From the NCBI RefSeq assembly GCF_963921235.1, contig NC_086108.1, forward strand, positions 11,036,001 through 11,100,000: a stretch of DNA of 64,000 bases, written 5' to 3'. The notes beneath the pieces are model-generated. The model did not search any database. It was not told where the DNA came from and was given only the letters and a program-made list of their open reading frames with translations. Below are positions 1 through 13,995 of this stretch, one piece after another (position 1 is the first letter of the stretch; every line of letters begins with the position of its first letter). A program made the translations under genes and the position numbers. This DNA comes from Mobula hypostoma. Taxonomy: Eukaryota.

Positions 1-285
1 TGATCCACACAGATTGTGGTCTCCCAGTGAGGAAGTCAAGAATCCAGTTGCAAAGTTGCAGTTGCTATTTGTTCTACACGGACTGTACCTACGCAGATCT
101 TCCTGTGGAAGTTTTGTACAAAATAAAATTTAGAATTATGCAAACTATTCCCGATATTATACTCCCACTGATTCATCAGAGTGTTGACTGTGATTACCCT
201 AGTTTTGAAATCTTGCACTGTTGAGTTTTCCTTGAAAGCTATCTTGATAATTCCATTTCAGATTTTGAATAACTTATCAAACATA

Positions 286-470
286 CAGTGCCTATAAAAA
301 GTATTCACCCCCCTTTGAAAGTTTTCATGTTTTATTGCTTTATAACATTGAATCATAGTGGATTTAATGTGGCTTTTTTGACACTGATCAACAGTAAAAG
401 ACTCTTCTGTGTCAAAGTAAAAACATCTCTACAAAGTGATCTAAATTAATCACAGATGTAAAACACGAAT
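286..470 (+). mobile_element. Tc1/mariner terminal inverted repeat remnant
   Basis: TA followed by CAGTGCCTATAAAAAGTATTCACCCCC, a typical Tc1 TIR start; no partner TIR found. Confidence 0.5.
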
Positions 471-2139
471 TAATATAGTTAAATGAAACAGCGTTTCTAC
501 GGGGCCAAGGTGCAAAACACATTACCAACAGCACACAGCACGCTGTACATGGCACAAATAAGTTTCAAAGTGTACTTGTCATCAAAGTATGTATGCAGTA
601 TACAACCCTAAGGTTTGTCTTCTCCGCAGACAGCCATGAAGCAAAACCATGGAACCCATTCAAAAAAAACATCAAACCCACGTGCAAAAAGAAAAATAAA
701 TCTTGCAAATGGCAACAAAAGAAAAACAAGCAAAAACACGCAAAAACACAGAATATAAAACACAAAGTTGAAAGAGCCCATGCATATTCAGTTCCATTTA
801 GAGTTTGTTATCTGCAGACTGCCCCAGTTCAAAATCTCCCAAAATAGCAACAAAGAAATAAGTGACCAGAAACCAGAACCAGATGATAACTGTTCTGAGA
901 AGCTCCCAACTGCACCAGCTTCTGGGATTTAGACACGCTAACTCTCCAGAGCAACCATGTTTTGGGCACAAAGAATTCAGTATTTCAAGAGCACCTGAAT
1001 GGAGGTCCGGAGCTCAATGGTAAACCCTGCTGGTGATATCATCTAGCGTTTGTTTTGTGCTCAGTTCTTGATCCAGTCTGATATCGTGCCTTGATCTTTG
1101 CTCCAGCAGTTGGGTCCAAACCATCCTCGTCAAGGACTCTAGCCACAGTAACATGAATTCAAGTCCAATCCACAAACCACATTGATTAAACCTTGCCCAA
1201 GAACTCTGGCACCATCCACTGGCAGCATCAAGGGAAAGAAAGACCATTCAAATGCAGGGACCTTCCTCTGGCAGCAGAGAGCGAGAGGCTGGTCGATGTC
1301 ACTGAACACCCTCTCGCCTTCTGCACTTGCCTCAATGACCTGAATCTTCCTCAGCGCTTTGATAGGTGAGACCAGTGAGAAAAGGAGTCGATCACGGGCT
1401 CACACCCTGTCTTCAGGCCGTACACTTCACACTAAACCTGTCGGAGCACTCTCGGAGACTGCAAAGTGCCAGATCACTCAAATCGGCCCAAAAACACACC
1501 ATCAAAATGTAGAACACAGGCTCCAACAGTAGCAGAGCCATAATTGAAAGAAAAAGAAGACATGAAAGTAGTCTTGTAAACTGCTGGGAGGATGTTGCCC
1601 TCGGTTGTGTTGTTCGTTGACACTATCTTCACCCCTGAAATCATAATCTATGGTTACGCTTTCAGAAAAAGATACATCTAGACCAGAAACATCTACCACC
1701 CTCACAGATGCTGGTCAACCCGCTAAGTTCCTCTCACAATTTGTCTCTGCTGCAGCCTTCAGCAATTGAAATCTCTGCATCTGTTGGTGTAGTGTTGGGG
1801 AGTTTTGATCACTTTATTTTTCTGTGAGAAACACATTTCATACTGATGGTGTCAACCGGAAGATGACAACAAAGAACACAATAGCTCCTGTCAGCAGTGT
1901 GGGCACAATATGTAAACATTCTAAATGCAAACAGCGATGCTGTGACAGGTACAAAGGCACGAGATGGATTGAAATCGATCCTTGGCTCTGTGGCACAAAT
2001 ATGATCAACATGGACCGGCACCAATCAAATTGTCCCCTTCCCTTCCCCACGCCACAACACAACGGATCAAGATACAGCCGCCGTCAGGAGACCTGATGCT
2101 TGGTCAGACAGGGCCGGTTCTAAGCTGCTTCTTAAAAGG

Positions 2140-2500
2140 GGAGAAAGAGAAACAGAGTGAAAGACAGGGTGGAATGTTTAAAGAGAAAGGGAGGGCTGTA
2201 GGGGCTGGGGTGGTGGTGGATTACAGAGACAGGGAGGGGTGTTGGGGCCAGAGGGGTTTACAGAGATGGGGAGTGGTGTAGTGAAGGGAGGGGATTACTG
2301 AGACAGGGAGGGGTGTAGGGGAGAGAGGTGTTTACAGAGACAGGGACAGTGTAGAGGCAAGAGGAGGGTTACAGAGACAGGTAGGGGTGTAGGGACAGAT
2401 GGGGGTTACAGAGACAGGTGAGTAGGGGGTCAGAGAGGTTTACTGAGGTTGGAAGGTGGTGTAGGAAGTTGCAGAGTTGAGGATGGGTGTGGTGGTCAGA
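2140..2500 (+). repeat. G-rich degenerate minisatellite
   Basis: Repeated ~30-35 nt units resembling GGGTTTACAGAGACAGGGAGGGGTGTAGGGG. Confidence 0.7.
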
Positions 2501-2896
2501 GGGATTTGAATGTCCTTGAGGCACGATGTTGGGACAAGGAGAGGGAGCAAAGAGAACGGGTGTAGGCACATAGCACCAGGCACACTGGTCACTGTGAGAC
2601 GACCTGTTGCTGCTTCAGTTCTCCGGCAATCCTCAGCCCTGTGGCTGACGTTTCACTGCTGAGACGCACAATCGTCCGAAAGTTCCAATGCCTAAGTAAA
2701 TATATTACCAACGTACATTTACAGTATTACCATATACAACCATGAGATTAATTTCCTTGCAGGCATTCATGGTAACTACAAGGAACACAATAGAATCAAT
2801 GACATACTGCCCCCAACAGGACGGACAAATGACCAGTGTGCAAAAGACAGCAAACTGTGCAAATACAAATAAAAGCTATAATTATGGAGTATCCAA

Positions 2897-3554
2897 TTAG
2901 ATTATGAGGACACTCAGTCCTCATTTATTGTCATTTAGAAATGCATGCATTAAAAAATGATACGATGTTCCTCCGGTATGATATCACAGAAACACAAGAC
3001 AGACCAAGACTAAAACTGACAAAAACCACATAGTTATAACATATAGTTACAACAGTGCAAAGCAATACCGTAATTTGATAAGAGCAGACCATGGGCACGG
3101 TAAAAAAATGTCTCAAAGTCCCGATAGCCCCAACGTCTCACGCAGACAGTGGAAGGGAGAAACTCTCCCTGCCATGAGCTTCCAGCGCCGCAAACCTGCT
3201 GATGCAGCACCCGACTACAGTCCAAATCTGAGTCCATCCGAAAACTTTGAGCCTCCGACCAGCCCTCTGACACCGAGCACCGAGCACCATCTCTACCAAA
3301 CGCTTTGACCCCCGCCCCGGCCGCCAAGAAACAGGCAAAGCCGAGGATTCGGGGCCTTCCCTTCCAGAGATTTCGATCGCACAGTAGCGGCGGCAGCAAA
3401 GCGGGCATTTCAGAAGTTTCACCAGATGTTCCCCCGTTCTCTCATGTCTGCCTCCATCAAATCAGAATTGTGCACGGCCTCCTACTTGACAGATAACAGA
3501 TATTCATCACCGGAGAGGCCGCGCACTCTGCGTCACGTCGCCATCTTCTCCTCC
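2897..3554 (-). mobile_element. Non-autonomous retroposon with (TCTAA)n-type tail; same family as 48044-48570
   Basis: Near-identical inverted copy at 48044-48570; 5' GGAGAAGATGGCG head. Confidence 0.75.
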
Positions 3555-4496
3555 CACCAGAGTTTATAGAGTTCTTAAAAGAGTGTCCATAGGTTGTGGA
3601 GTTAGTTCAGTGGTGGGGAGTGTGTTATCCACTCTGGTTCAAGAGCCTTATAGTTGAGGGGCAATAACTGTTACCTCTATGGCCGACCCTCACTGCAGAG
3701 GCATACAGTCCTCCCACAGAGTCTGCGTCTTTGCCCCCTACGTCTTTGGATCAGGGATGGGAACGGTGCGAGTTAACACATTAGAAGCACACTCTTGTAC
3801 TGGGCCACTCTTGTTGGAGACATGCTCATGTTTCAGTCAATAGCCAGTTCTTTAACTAGCATTAACTCAATTCTAAGTGCCATTGATCCCCCAGAGATCA
3901 GCCAGTCCTTCCACAGATCCGTCAGGATCAACATCTGGAATATTTATATCACCACAGTATTCTCAGTTTTCTTGGGAGTCTCCCACTGGATGCAGTGACA
4001 GTTGTAAACTTGTTAAAATCATCCATGTATTTCCACACAATGTCTTTTTGTATTGTACACGTGGCTGTTCCTCCAGCACCCTGGTTCCATCAGCACTTGA
4101 GCCCTGTCATGTTCTTTGAATTGCTTTTTCCTGCTGAATTAGGATCCAGTTTTTGTCTCAGCCCTGTCCCTCCCACTCTTCTGTCAAGGATGAACTAACT
4201 CTGTTGTGTTCTGAGTCTTCGACAAATCGGTTACTCAGCAGGAGTCTTCCTTTTGTAGTTGAGCAAAGTTGCTGTCTTCTTACATGAGTCCACCAACTCC
4301 CTGTTAACACTTGTACGTCCAATAATTCTTGGCGTCTTTATCATTCCGTTTCAAGCTGCGTGATATGGTGAAACAAGTCTGTAGTCAATCCAAATTGTCT
4401 CGTGAAGCGTGGAGCCAAAAACCAAATAAAGGTAGTATGCTGTATCCGAGACTCACAATTCTGGTAAGTCACTCTTGAGCAATGGAGGTCAATTAT

Positions 4497-5360
4497 AGAG
4501 TCACAGAAAAGTACAGCACAGGAGTAGGCTCTTTGGCCCATCTAGTCCAGGCCAAACTATTTAAACTGCCTACTCCCGTCGACTTGCATTCGAAACTTAG
4601 CCCTCCATACCCCAACCGCCCATGTACTTCTCTTCAACATTGAAATCGAGCTTGTATTCACCACTTATGCTGGCATCTCCCTCTAAACTCTCACTACCCT
4701 GAGTGAAGAAGTTTCCTCTCATGTTTCCCTTAAATTTTCACCTTTCACCCTTAACCATGACCTCTAGTTGTAGTCCCACCCAACCTCAGTGAGAAAAGCC
4801 TGCTTGCATTTACCCTCTCTATACACCTCATAATCTTACATACCTCCATCAAATCTACCATCAGTCTTTTATGTTCTACTTTTGCCACTTTCATCGAATT
4901 ATGGACCTCTGTTCCCAGATCCCTTCATTCCACAGCACTCCTCAATGCCCTACTGCTCACTGTGTAACACCTACCCTGGCTGGTCTTACAGAGGTGCAAC
5001 ACTGCACACTTGTCTGTATTAAATTCCTTCTACTATTATTCAGCTGATTTTCCCAGCTGGTCCAGCTCCTGCTGCAATCTCTGATAGTCTTCCTCAACGT
5101 TCAATACACCCCCAATTTTGGAGTCATCTGCAAATTTGTTGATCCAGTTATTCACATTGTCACCCAGATCATTGATATACATGACAAACAACAAAGGACC
5201 CAGCACTGATCCCTGTGACACTCCAGTAGTCACAGGCCTCCAGTCAGAGAGGCAACCATCTACTACCTCTCTCTAGCTTCTCCCACAAAGTCAATGTCAA
5301 ATCCATTTTGCTCCCTTATCTTGAATGCTGAGCGACTGAACCTTCTTGACCAGCCTCCCA
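4497..5360 (-). mobile_element. CR1 LINE fragment (RT plus 3' end, internally deleted)
   Basis: GVSQGSVLGPLLFVMYINDL...KFADDSKIGG in ORF 5036-5233. Confidence 0.85.
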
Positions 5361-6061
5361 TCTCTGAGTGTACAGTCAGAAGAGTCATTAGCTTTCACAC
5401 TGAGCTTGCTCAAGCGAGTATGTCAAAATTCAAGATTCAAGTTTTGAGATTCAAATTATTCATCACATGAAATTGAAACATACAGTTTTTAAACTTGAAA
5501 TGCATAATTTGCGTTTACAGCCTGGGCTTTAAAAAGTGCTGGACGCAGCCTGCAAGTGTCACCACACATTCCAGCGCCAACAGAGCATTTCCACAATGCT
5601 CGGCAGAACAACGCAGAACACAGCAAGCAACAAAGCAACAACAACAAAACAAGCCCCATTTCTCCCTCCCTCCCACCCATCTGTGCACATACACAGTCCT
5701 CTGACTCCAGGACAGACCATCTTCTTCAGCCTACAGCCTCCCACAGACTCAGACTGGGCACGGAGATTCAGATATTGGTCCTCCAAATATGACAGTGGAC
5801 ACTCAGAGATACACAGACCCGGACTGCTGGACAACATGACTCAACTTTTAGTCTTATGTTTCCCCTGACCTCAATCCTCGGAATTGACCACAGGAGCTGC
5901 AGATCACTGAACACAAGGCCTCGGACTCTGGCCTTGCGATGAATGCTCTGTTTGTTAATGTAACAGAGTTACTCCTCTCACAGTCATTAGCATGTACATG
6001 CTGTGGAGGTCTCTCAGCCGTTAACATGTCTTCACTGGCTTGGTTCTGTGATCCCGACAAG

Positions 6062-7431
6062 ATCCTGGTGGAATGCAAGACAGCAAGTGTCACGCCTCCT
6101 TTTAAAAAAGGATGTAGGCAAAAGACAGGAAATTATAGGCCAATTAGCTTCACATATGTAGTCGGGAAGATGCTTGAAGCTATCATTAAGGAAGAAATAG
6201 CGAAACATTTAAAAAGGAGGGGTTCCATTAGACAGACGTAGCATGGATTCAGAAAGGGCAGGTCCTGTTTGACAAACTTACTGGAGGTCTTTGAGGACAT
6301 AATGAGTGCAGTGGATAGAGGGGAACAGGTGGATGTCGTATACTTGGATTTCCAGAAGGTGTTCGATAGGGTGCCGCACAAGAGACTTATAAATAAGATA
6401 CGAGTGCATGGAGTCAGAGAAGGTGTATTGGCATGGATAGTGGATTGGTTAACCAATAGAAGGCAGAGAGTTGGTATAAATGGACGTTTCTCCAGTTGGC
6501 AGTCAGTGGTGAGTGGGGTGCCACAGGGGTCAGTGCTGGGCCTGCAGCTGTTTACCATTCACATTGATGATTTACAAGACAGGACTGAGTGTAGCATAGC
6601 AAAATTTGCTGATAACACCAAACCGAGTGGAAAAGTAAATTGTACAGAGGATGTGGAGTCTGCAGAGGGATATAGATAGGTTAAGTGAGTGGGCCAAGTT
6701 CTGGCAGATGGAATACAACGTTGGTAAATGCGAGATCATCCTCTTTGGAAGGAATAATAGAAGAGCAGATAATTATTAAAATGTGCTGGAATGTTGGCCT
6801 TTATTAGAGGGATAGAATTCAAGAGCAGAGAGATCATGCTGCAACTATACAGGGTACTGGTGAGGCCGCACCTGGAGTACTATGTGCAGTTCTGGTCTCC
6901 ACACTTGAGGAAGGATATACTGGCTTTGGAGGCAGTGCAGAGGAGGTTCACCAGGTTGAATCCAGAGATGAAGGGGTTAACCTATGAGGAGAGATTGAGT
7001 TGCCTGGGACTATACTCTCTGGAATTCAGAAGAATGAGAGGGGATCTTATAGAAACATATAAAATTTTGAAAGGGATAGATAAGATAGAAGTAGGAAAGT
7101 TGTTTCCATTGGTAGGTAAGACTAGAACTAGGGAACATTGCCTCAAGATTCAAGGGAGAAGATTTAGGACCGAGATGGGGAGAAACTGTTTTTCCCAGGG
7201 AGTGGTGAATCTGTGGAACTCTCTGCCCAGGGAAGCAGTTGAGGCTTCTTCACTAAATATATTTAAGATACAGTTAGATAGATTTTTACATAGTAGGGGA
7301 ATTAAGGGTTATGGGGAAAAGGCAGGTAGATGGAGCTGAGTTTACAGACAGATCAGCCGTGATCTTATTGAACGGCGGGGCAGGTACGATGGGCCGGATG
7401 GTCTACTCCTGCTCCTACTTCTTATGTTCTT
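6062..7431 (+). mobile_element. 5'-truncated CR1 LINE (ORF2 RT and C-terminus, 3' tail)
   Basis: NYRPISFT, VDVVYLDFQKVFDRVPH, GVPQGSVLG, VRPHLEYYVQFWSP, VVNLWNSLP; TTCTTATGTTCTT tail. Confidence 0.92.
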
Positions 7432-7467
7432 TTGTCCAAGGCTAGATCAGCTCTTCAGGATCTTAGA

Positions 7468-8070
7468 TCATAAGGCGTAGGAACCAAATTAGGCCATTCG
7501 GCCCATCAATCTGCTCCATCATTCCATCACGGCTGATTTATCTTCCCTCTCAACCCCATTTTCCTACCTGCTCCCCATAACTTTTGACGCTCTGACTAAT
7601 CAAGAACTTATCAATCTCTGCTTTAAATATAGCCAATGCCGTGGTCTCCACAGCCATCTGTGGCAATGAATCCACAGATTCACCACCCTTTGGCTAGAGA
7701 AATATCTCCTACATCTTTGTTCTGATTGATCTCTCTCTATTCTGAGGCTGTGCCCCCTGGTCCTTGACTCCCCCACTAGAGGAAACATCCTCTCCACATC
7801 CACTCTATCTCGGCATTTTAATGTTCAATCACAAACATAAGAAAGTCTGCAGATGCTGGAAATTCAATGCAGCACCCACAAAACGCTGGAGGAACTCAGC
7901 AGGTCAGGCAGTATTTATGTAAAAGAATAAACAGTCGAGGTTTTGGCCAGAAATAGAAACCAGTTATTCTTTTCCATAGATACTGTCTGACCTGTTGTAT
8001 TCCTCCAGTGTTTTGCTTGTGTTGCTTTCAATATTCGATAGGCTTCACTGAGACCCCCTCATTCTTCTGA
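7468..8070 (-). mobile_element. CR1 3' fragment interrupted by a PLE terminal fragment (~7830-8027)
   Basis: DVERMFPLVGESRTRGHSLRI; PLE tail motif GTCTGCAGATGCTGGAAAT. Confidence 0.75.
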
Positions 8071-8370
8071 ACAATCTTTATTCAATTTTTCACCTGATCC
8101 CAGGCCAAACTAACATCTGCTTTCTCGATACATTGATTATGATCGCCTAGTGCCTCCCATTTAACACAGCCCTGTTCTTTCATCAGCACTCTCAGTTGTT
8201 GCTTGCTCTCATGGCTTCATCTGGACACTTGGAGTGAAAATAAGCTGCTAGAGGGATTCAGCAGCTCCAAATCTGAATCAGAAAGAAATTTGATATCACT
8301 GATATATATCATGATATTTGTTATGTTGCAGCAGCAGTACAGTGCAATACATAATAATAATCTATAAAGC

Positions 8371-9040
8371 TCAAAGTTCAAAGTCAATTTTATTATCAAA
8401 GTACATATATGTCACCATATACAATCCTGAGATTCATTTTCTTGTGAATATACTCAATAAATCTGAATAATAACTATAACAGAATAAATGAATGACTGCC
8501 CAGCTGGAGTGATCAACCAGAGTGCAGAAGATACTGTGTGAATTAAAAAAAACAAATAAATAAGCAATAAATATTGAGAACATGAGATAAAGAGCCCTTG
8601 AAACTGAGTCCATAGGTTGTGGGGACATGTGGGCATAGGATGGGGCAAGTGAAGTTGAGTGAAGTTATCTCCTTTGGTTCAAGAGCCTGATGGTGAGGGG
8701 TAATAACTGTTCCTGAATCTGGTGGTGTGAGTCCTGAGGCCCCTGTGCCTTCTACCTGATGGCAGCAGTGAGAAGAGAGTGTGTCCTGGGTGATGGGGGT
8801 CCCTGATGATGGATGCTGCTTTCTTATGGCAATGCTTCATGTACAGTAGATGTTCTCAATGGTTGAAAGGACTTTACCCTTAACTACTGGGCCGCAACCA
8901 CTACTTTTTGTAGGATTTTCCATTCAAAGGCATTGGTGTTTCCATACAAAGCTGTGATGCAGCCAGTCAATATACTCTCCACTACATATCCATAAAAGTT
9001 TGTCAAAGCTTCAGGTGTCATGCTGAGTCTCTGCAAACTC
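8371..9040 (-). mobile_element. Rex1-type LINE 3' fragment (dispersed family; similar copies near 565, 12187-13455 and 43825)
   Basis: Shared TCAAAGTTCAAAGT..ATCAAAGTACATATATGTCACCATATAC end; degenerate KAASIIRDP-like coding. Confidence 0.6.
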
Positions 9041-9199
9041 CTAAATCTATAAATTACAAGAAAAAATATATTTAAAAATTTAAAATAAATAAGTAGTGCA
9101 AAAAGAAAAGAAAAAGAAAAAAAACAAAGTTATGTAGTGTTCATGGGTTCAATGTCCATTCTGAATCTGATGGCTGAGAGGAAGAAGCAGTTCATGAAG

Positions 9200-9604
9200 A
9201 TTGACGGGGGATCTTATTGAAAGGTATAAAATTCTAAAGGGATTGGACAGGCTAGATGCAGGAAGATTGTTCCCAATGTTGGGGAAGTCCAGAACGAGTG
9301 GTCACAGTTTAAGGATAAAGGGGAAACCTTTTAGGACCGAGATGAGGAAAAACTTCTTCACACAGAGAGTAGTGAATCTGTGGAATTCTCTGCCACAGGA
9401 AACAGTTGAGGCCGGTTCATTGGCTATATTTAAGAGGGAGTTAGATATGGCCCTTGTGGCTAAAGGGATCGGGGGTATGGAGAGAAGGCTAGTACAGGGT
9501 TCTGAGTTGGATGATCAGCCATGATCATACTGAATGGCAGTGCAGACTCAAAGGGCCGAATGGCCTACTCCTGCACCTATTTTCTATGTTTCTATGTTTC
9601 TATG
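9200..9604 (+). mobile_element. CR1 3' fragment
   Basis: GDLIERYKILKGLDRLD...FFTQRVVNLWNSLP; (TTTCTATG)3 tail. Confidence 0.88.
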
Positions 9605-10844
9605 AAACATTGAGAGAGTGTCTTCAGGCTCACACTTAACAACCCATCTATGGAGGTAATGAGATGCTTGTTGCTTCAGGTGAGGACTCTTCATCAGAAA
9701 ATTTGATTCAGTCTGTCCTTTAAGGTTCTTACATGCTTGCTTTCAACTGAAGTCCTTTTGCATCTTCCCAGCTACCAGTGAAGCTATAACTGGAGCTCAT
9801 GGTCCACTGATGTCACTTGGAATCCTTGAATTCGTTCCTTGTAGCTGGCACTAGAGTTTGGTCTGTACAGACAAAGAGATTAGTTAGGGTGTCAAAGGTT
9901 AATGGCATCTACTAGTCCAGCACCAAAAGCTGAATAAACTGGATGAATGGAGATTTTTTATTTTGTGCCCAGGATGCATCACAGAGCGATCAGACCTTTC
10001 TATGGAGGGGCGGGGACCCATTCAGAGGAATGGGGAAAACAGGAAAGCAGTGGGATTGAGATTAATTAAAACAGTTAGAGGTCATTGATACCTCAAGTGC
10101 TGGAATCTCTAGTTACCAACAAAATGCTGGGGGAACTAAGCAGATCAAACCAGATCTGTGGGCTGGGTGGGTGGGTTGGTCAACTTCTCAGGTTGAGATC
10201 CTGCGTCAGGAAATTGCATCTGTTATGCTCGACGCATTCACCAAACCAACAAAAGAAAATCCAAGACAAGCTCTTTCAATGATTTAATGCAACTTAATTA
10301 CTTTTCTCCGAAGAGAAGAAGTTTGTCTTGCTGAGGTTGTTCAGAGTCTAGGCTGAGATTGGTTAGCCGGAAGCTTGGAGTCTGGAGAATATGCATGAAT
10401 TCCTCTCCCCCTAATTACAGGGAGCTATAGACGCGTACACTCCCCCTGTGTCAGTACTGCGCTGATAGACCATTAGACACATTTTGACTGTTGTGCAAAG
10501 CACATAAAGCGGTGCCAAACGAGAGTTAAGGCCTCGGGTGTTTTACAGAGAGTGCTTCAGCAAATCTAATCGAGAGAAAGCAGCTGTTTACCAGTGCCAC
10601 TGTGCATCGTGGCACTGCTTGTGTGCAAGGAACTCAATGAAACTGAATGGGTAATTGTCCCCATCATTGACAGCAGACGAGACCGGAACTTAATCTGCTC
10701 ATTGTGCAGACTCTGCTTTCTACACATTTGGGTACAATCTGGTCTCGCTGAAACCACAACATAGAAATCCTCAGTCGTGCCTTCCTTACATATCATGGCC
10801 TCCTCTGTAATGTAGAATTGAACTTCCCTCTTTCATTCAACACA

Positions 10845-11110
10845 ATGTGGTGCAATAGTATAGTGGTTAGCACAACGCCTTATAGTACCAGTGACCTGGG
10901 TTCAATTCCCGCCACTTCCTGTAAGGAGTTTGTACGTTCTCCCTGTGACTGTGTAGGTTTCCTCCGGGTGCTCTGGTTTCCTCTCACAGTCCAACGATGT
11001 ACTGGTTGGTAGGTTAATTAGTTATTGTAAGTTGTCCTATGATTAGGCTAGGATTAAATCAGGAGATTGCCAGGTGGCGCAGCTATTTGGCACTGTATCT
11101 CAATAAAGAT
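10845..11110 (+). mobile_element. tRNA-derived HE1/V-SINE-like SINE (other copies at 14205-15370 split, 23225-23440, 57483-57760)
   Basis: A-box-like TAGTGGTTAG, B-box-like GGTTCAATTCC, V-domain GGTTTCCTCCGGGTGCTCTGGTTTCCTC..CAGTCCAA. Confidence 0.75.
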
Positions 11111-11504
11111 ATACCTCTTGGGCAGATTACAGATCTCACCTTCTCCTAGGGATGGCCATGACAAGGTGGCTGGATGGTTTTCTGGATAACTAGACAGGGG
11201 AAAGTGTGTCTCACCTCTCCTCATATTTAATTCCTTCAGCATAGGCAGCACAAAACAGGGCCCCGAGTTCTCCACCTTCATTCTTGACCTAAAACATCGA
11301 CTGTTTATTCTTCTCCATAGATGCTGCCTAACCTTCTGAGTTCCTCCAGCATGTAGTGTGTGTTGCTCTGGATTTCCAGCATCTGCAGAACCTCCTATTT
11401 TTCCCATCAGCATTCCATCTAGATCCCAATGTTTTTTTTACTGTTGTCCCTGGCCATTATCTGAGGGGTCCATAGAGCTGAGGTTGGGAACCCTTGATCT
11501 AGAT

Positions 11505-12005
11505 GTATAATGTCTTGATAGGGCCTCTGCTCTGCATTTGACTGCAAGAAACTGCAAAGAGTTGTGAACACAGCTCAGCACATCACAGGAACCAGCCTCC
11601 CCTCCATGGACTCTGTCAATACTTCTCACGGCCTTAGTAAAACAGCCTGCATGATCAAAGACCACACCCAACCCAGACATTCTCGCTTCTCCCATCTCCC
11701 ATCGGGCAGCAGATACAAAAGCCTGAAAGCATGTCCCACCAGGTTCAAGGACATTTTCTCTCCTACTGCTATCAGACTCTTGAACGGACCTCTTGTATGA
11801 TAAGGTGGACTCTTGGCCTCACAATCTACCTCGTTATGATCTTGCACTTTATTGCGCTTTCCCTGTAGCTGTAACACTTTATCCTGCACTGTTAGTGTTT
11901 TACCTTGTTCTACCGCAATGCACTGTGTAATAATCTGAACCGTATGAACAGTATGCAGGACAAGCACTGTATCTCTGTATGTGTAACAATATTAAACCAA
12001 TACCA
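11505..12005 (+). mobile_element. Rex1/Babar LINE 3' fragment
   Basis: KKLQRVVNTAQHITGTSLPS...LPSGSRYKSL. Confidence 0.75.
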
Positions 12006-12311
12006 ATATCTCCCTTTCCCTGTCGAAGGTTCTTGGCCCTACAATCTACCTCATTATAATCTTGCTGGTATAACTTTACAACATAGTCACTCAATACTGA
12101 ATATAGCAGACAAACCTGTCTCTTTAGGAATGTGTGGACCAAACATCTGACAAGGTCAAGCACTTTACCCATAAAGCTGGTGGTGGTTCAAAGTTCAAAG
12201 TAAATTTTGTTATTAAAGTACATATATGTCACCATATACAACCCAGGAATTCATTTTCTTGTGGGCACACTTAACAAGTCTGTGGAATAGTAACTATAAC
12301 AAGATTAATGA

Positions 12312-13124
12312 TCAGTGGGGATGACGAGATGGCCTACAGGGACGAGGTCCAGCGCCTGGCAAAAACAACCTGGCCCTTAACACCCAGAAGACCAAGGAGA
12401 TCATTGTGGACTTCAGGCATGCTAGGAGCCACACTCATGTCCCCATCTACATCAACGGAGCTGTAGTGGAGCATGTATCAAGCTTCAAATTCCTTGGTGT
12501 CCACATTTCCAAGGATCTCACCTGGTCCCTGAACTCCTCCATCCTGATCAAAAATCCTGTGGAGCATCAAGAAAGCTCACCTCTCTCCCAGGATACTGAC
12601 AGACTTTTACCGCTGTACCATTGAGAGCATACTCACCAACTGCATCTCAGTGTGGTATGGCAATTGTCCCGTATCGGACCGCAAAGCACTCCAGCTTGTG
12701 GTGAAAACTGCCCAGCTGATTATCAGCACCCAACTGCCCACCACTGAGAACATCTGCCATAAACGCTGCCTGGGCAGGGCGAAAAGCACTATCAAGGATA
12801 CATCTCACCTTCACCATGGACTTTTACTCTCCTCCCATCTGGTAGGCGCTACAGGAGCCTCCGCTCCTGCACCAGCAGGCACAGGAAGAGCTTCTTCCCT
12901 GAGGCTGTGACCCTGCTGAACCTCACATCACAACGCTAAGCAGTATTGCACCCGTATTGTACTGTCTCAGTACTTTTATATTTGTGTGCTGTAGCACTTT
13001 TTATTTGCAGTTATTTTGTAAATAACACTATTCTTTGCATTTCTGGTTGGATGCTAACTGCATTTCATTGGCTTTGTATCTGTACTCAGCACAATGACAA
13101 TAAAGTTGAATCTAATCTAATCTA
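12312..13124 (+). mobile_element. 5'-truncated Rex1/Babar LINE nested in an older Rex1-type repeat
   Basis: VDFRHARS..VEHVSSFKFLGVHISKDLTWS, WYGNC..DRKALQ; (TCTAA)3 tail; TSD ATTAATGA at 12304-12311 and 13125-13132. Confidence 0.88.
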
Positions 13125-13937
13125 ATTAATGAGAGATCAACCAGAGTGCAGAAGACAACAAACTGTGTAAATGCAAAAATAAATAAATAGCAATAAATAA
13201 TGAGAGCATGAGATAAAGAATCCTCAAAGTGAGATTATTGGTGGTGGGAATATCTCAATGGATGGGCAAGTTAGTGTAATCCCCTTTGGTCCAAGAGCCA
13301 GATGGTTGAGGGGTAGTAACTGTTCCTGAACCTGGTGGTGTGAGTCCTGATGCTCTTGTACCTTCTAGGCAGTGGCGAGAAAAGAGCATGGTGTGGATGG
13401 AGGGATCTCTGATGATGGATGCTGCTTTCCTACAACAGCATTTCATGTAGATGTGACAGAACGTTCATCAGTAGTCTTGGATTTTCAGTCTAGCGGGGAC
13501 TTCAGTGTTTCAATGATCTGCAAATACACATCATGAATCACCCTTTAAATATGCTCTGCCTCTTTGTATTATTCACACTGTTGAAAAATTAATAATGTTT
13601 GAATTTATCCAATCATTTCACTAAGAGATTGGGTCGAAGGCTATTTGCATCATTTTTATTTAACCCAGCGTGTGTCTCACTCAGAGCCTAATGGGCCCAG
13701 ATCAGAGATCTCAAGGACCATTCTGCTGTTTGCTGCTTGATATAAAGTACAGCTTCATTCATAGGCAAAGAGCCACTTATCACACAATACCACACAAATT
13801 GCTTTCAACTGGATTCTTCCTGTTTCAAATGTGCTTTAAATAATCTGCAGTTTTACATTACAGCCATATGTCTCTGTTTTTCCCTCCTTGTTCTGTGTTT
13901 GGTAAATCAAGCCTCGATCATTCTCCCTCTCTGTCTC

Positions 13938-13964
13938 CATATATACATATACATATATATGCAC

Positions 13965-13995
<31 letters not shown>

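Noticed and set aside
3780..4490. Unassigned unique sequence whose minus strand contains VWKYMDD (possible RT or viral relic)
   Set aside because: All frames are interrupted, QG-to-YMDD spacing is too short for a retroviral RT, and no other motifs are present; a tBLASTx search would be needed
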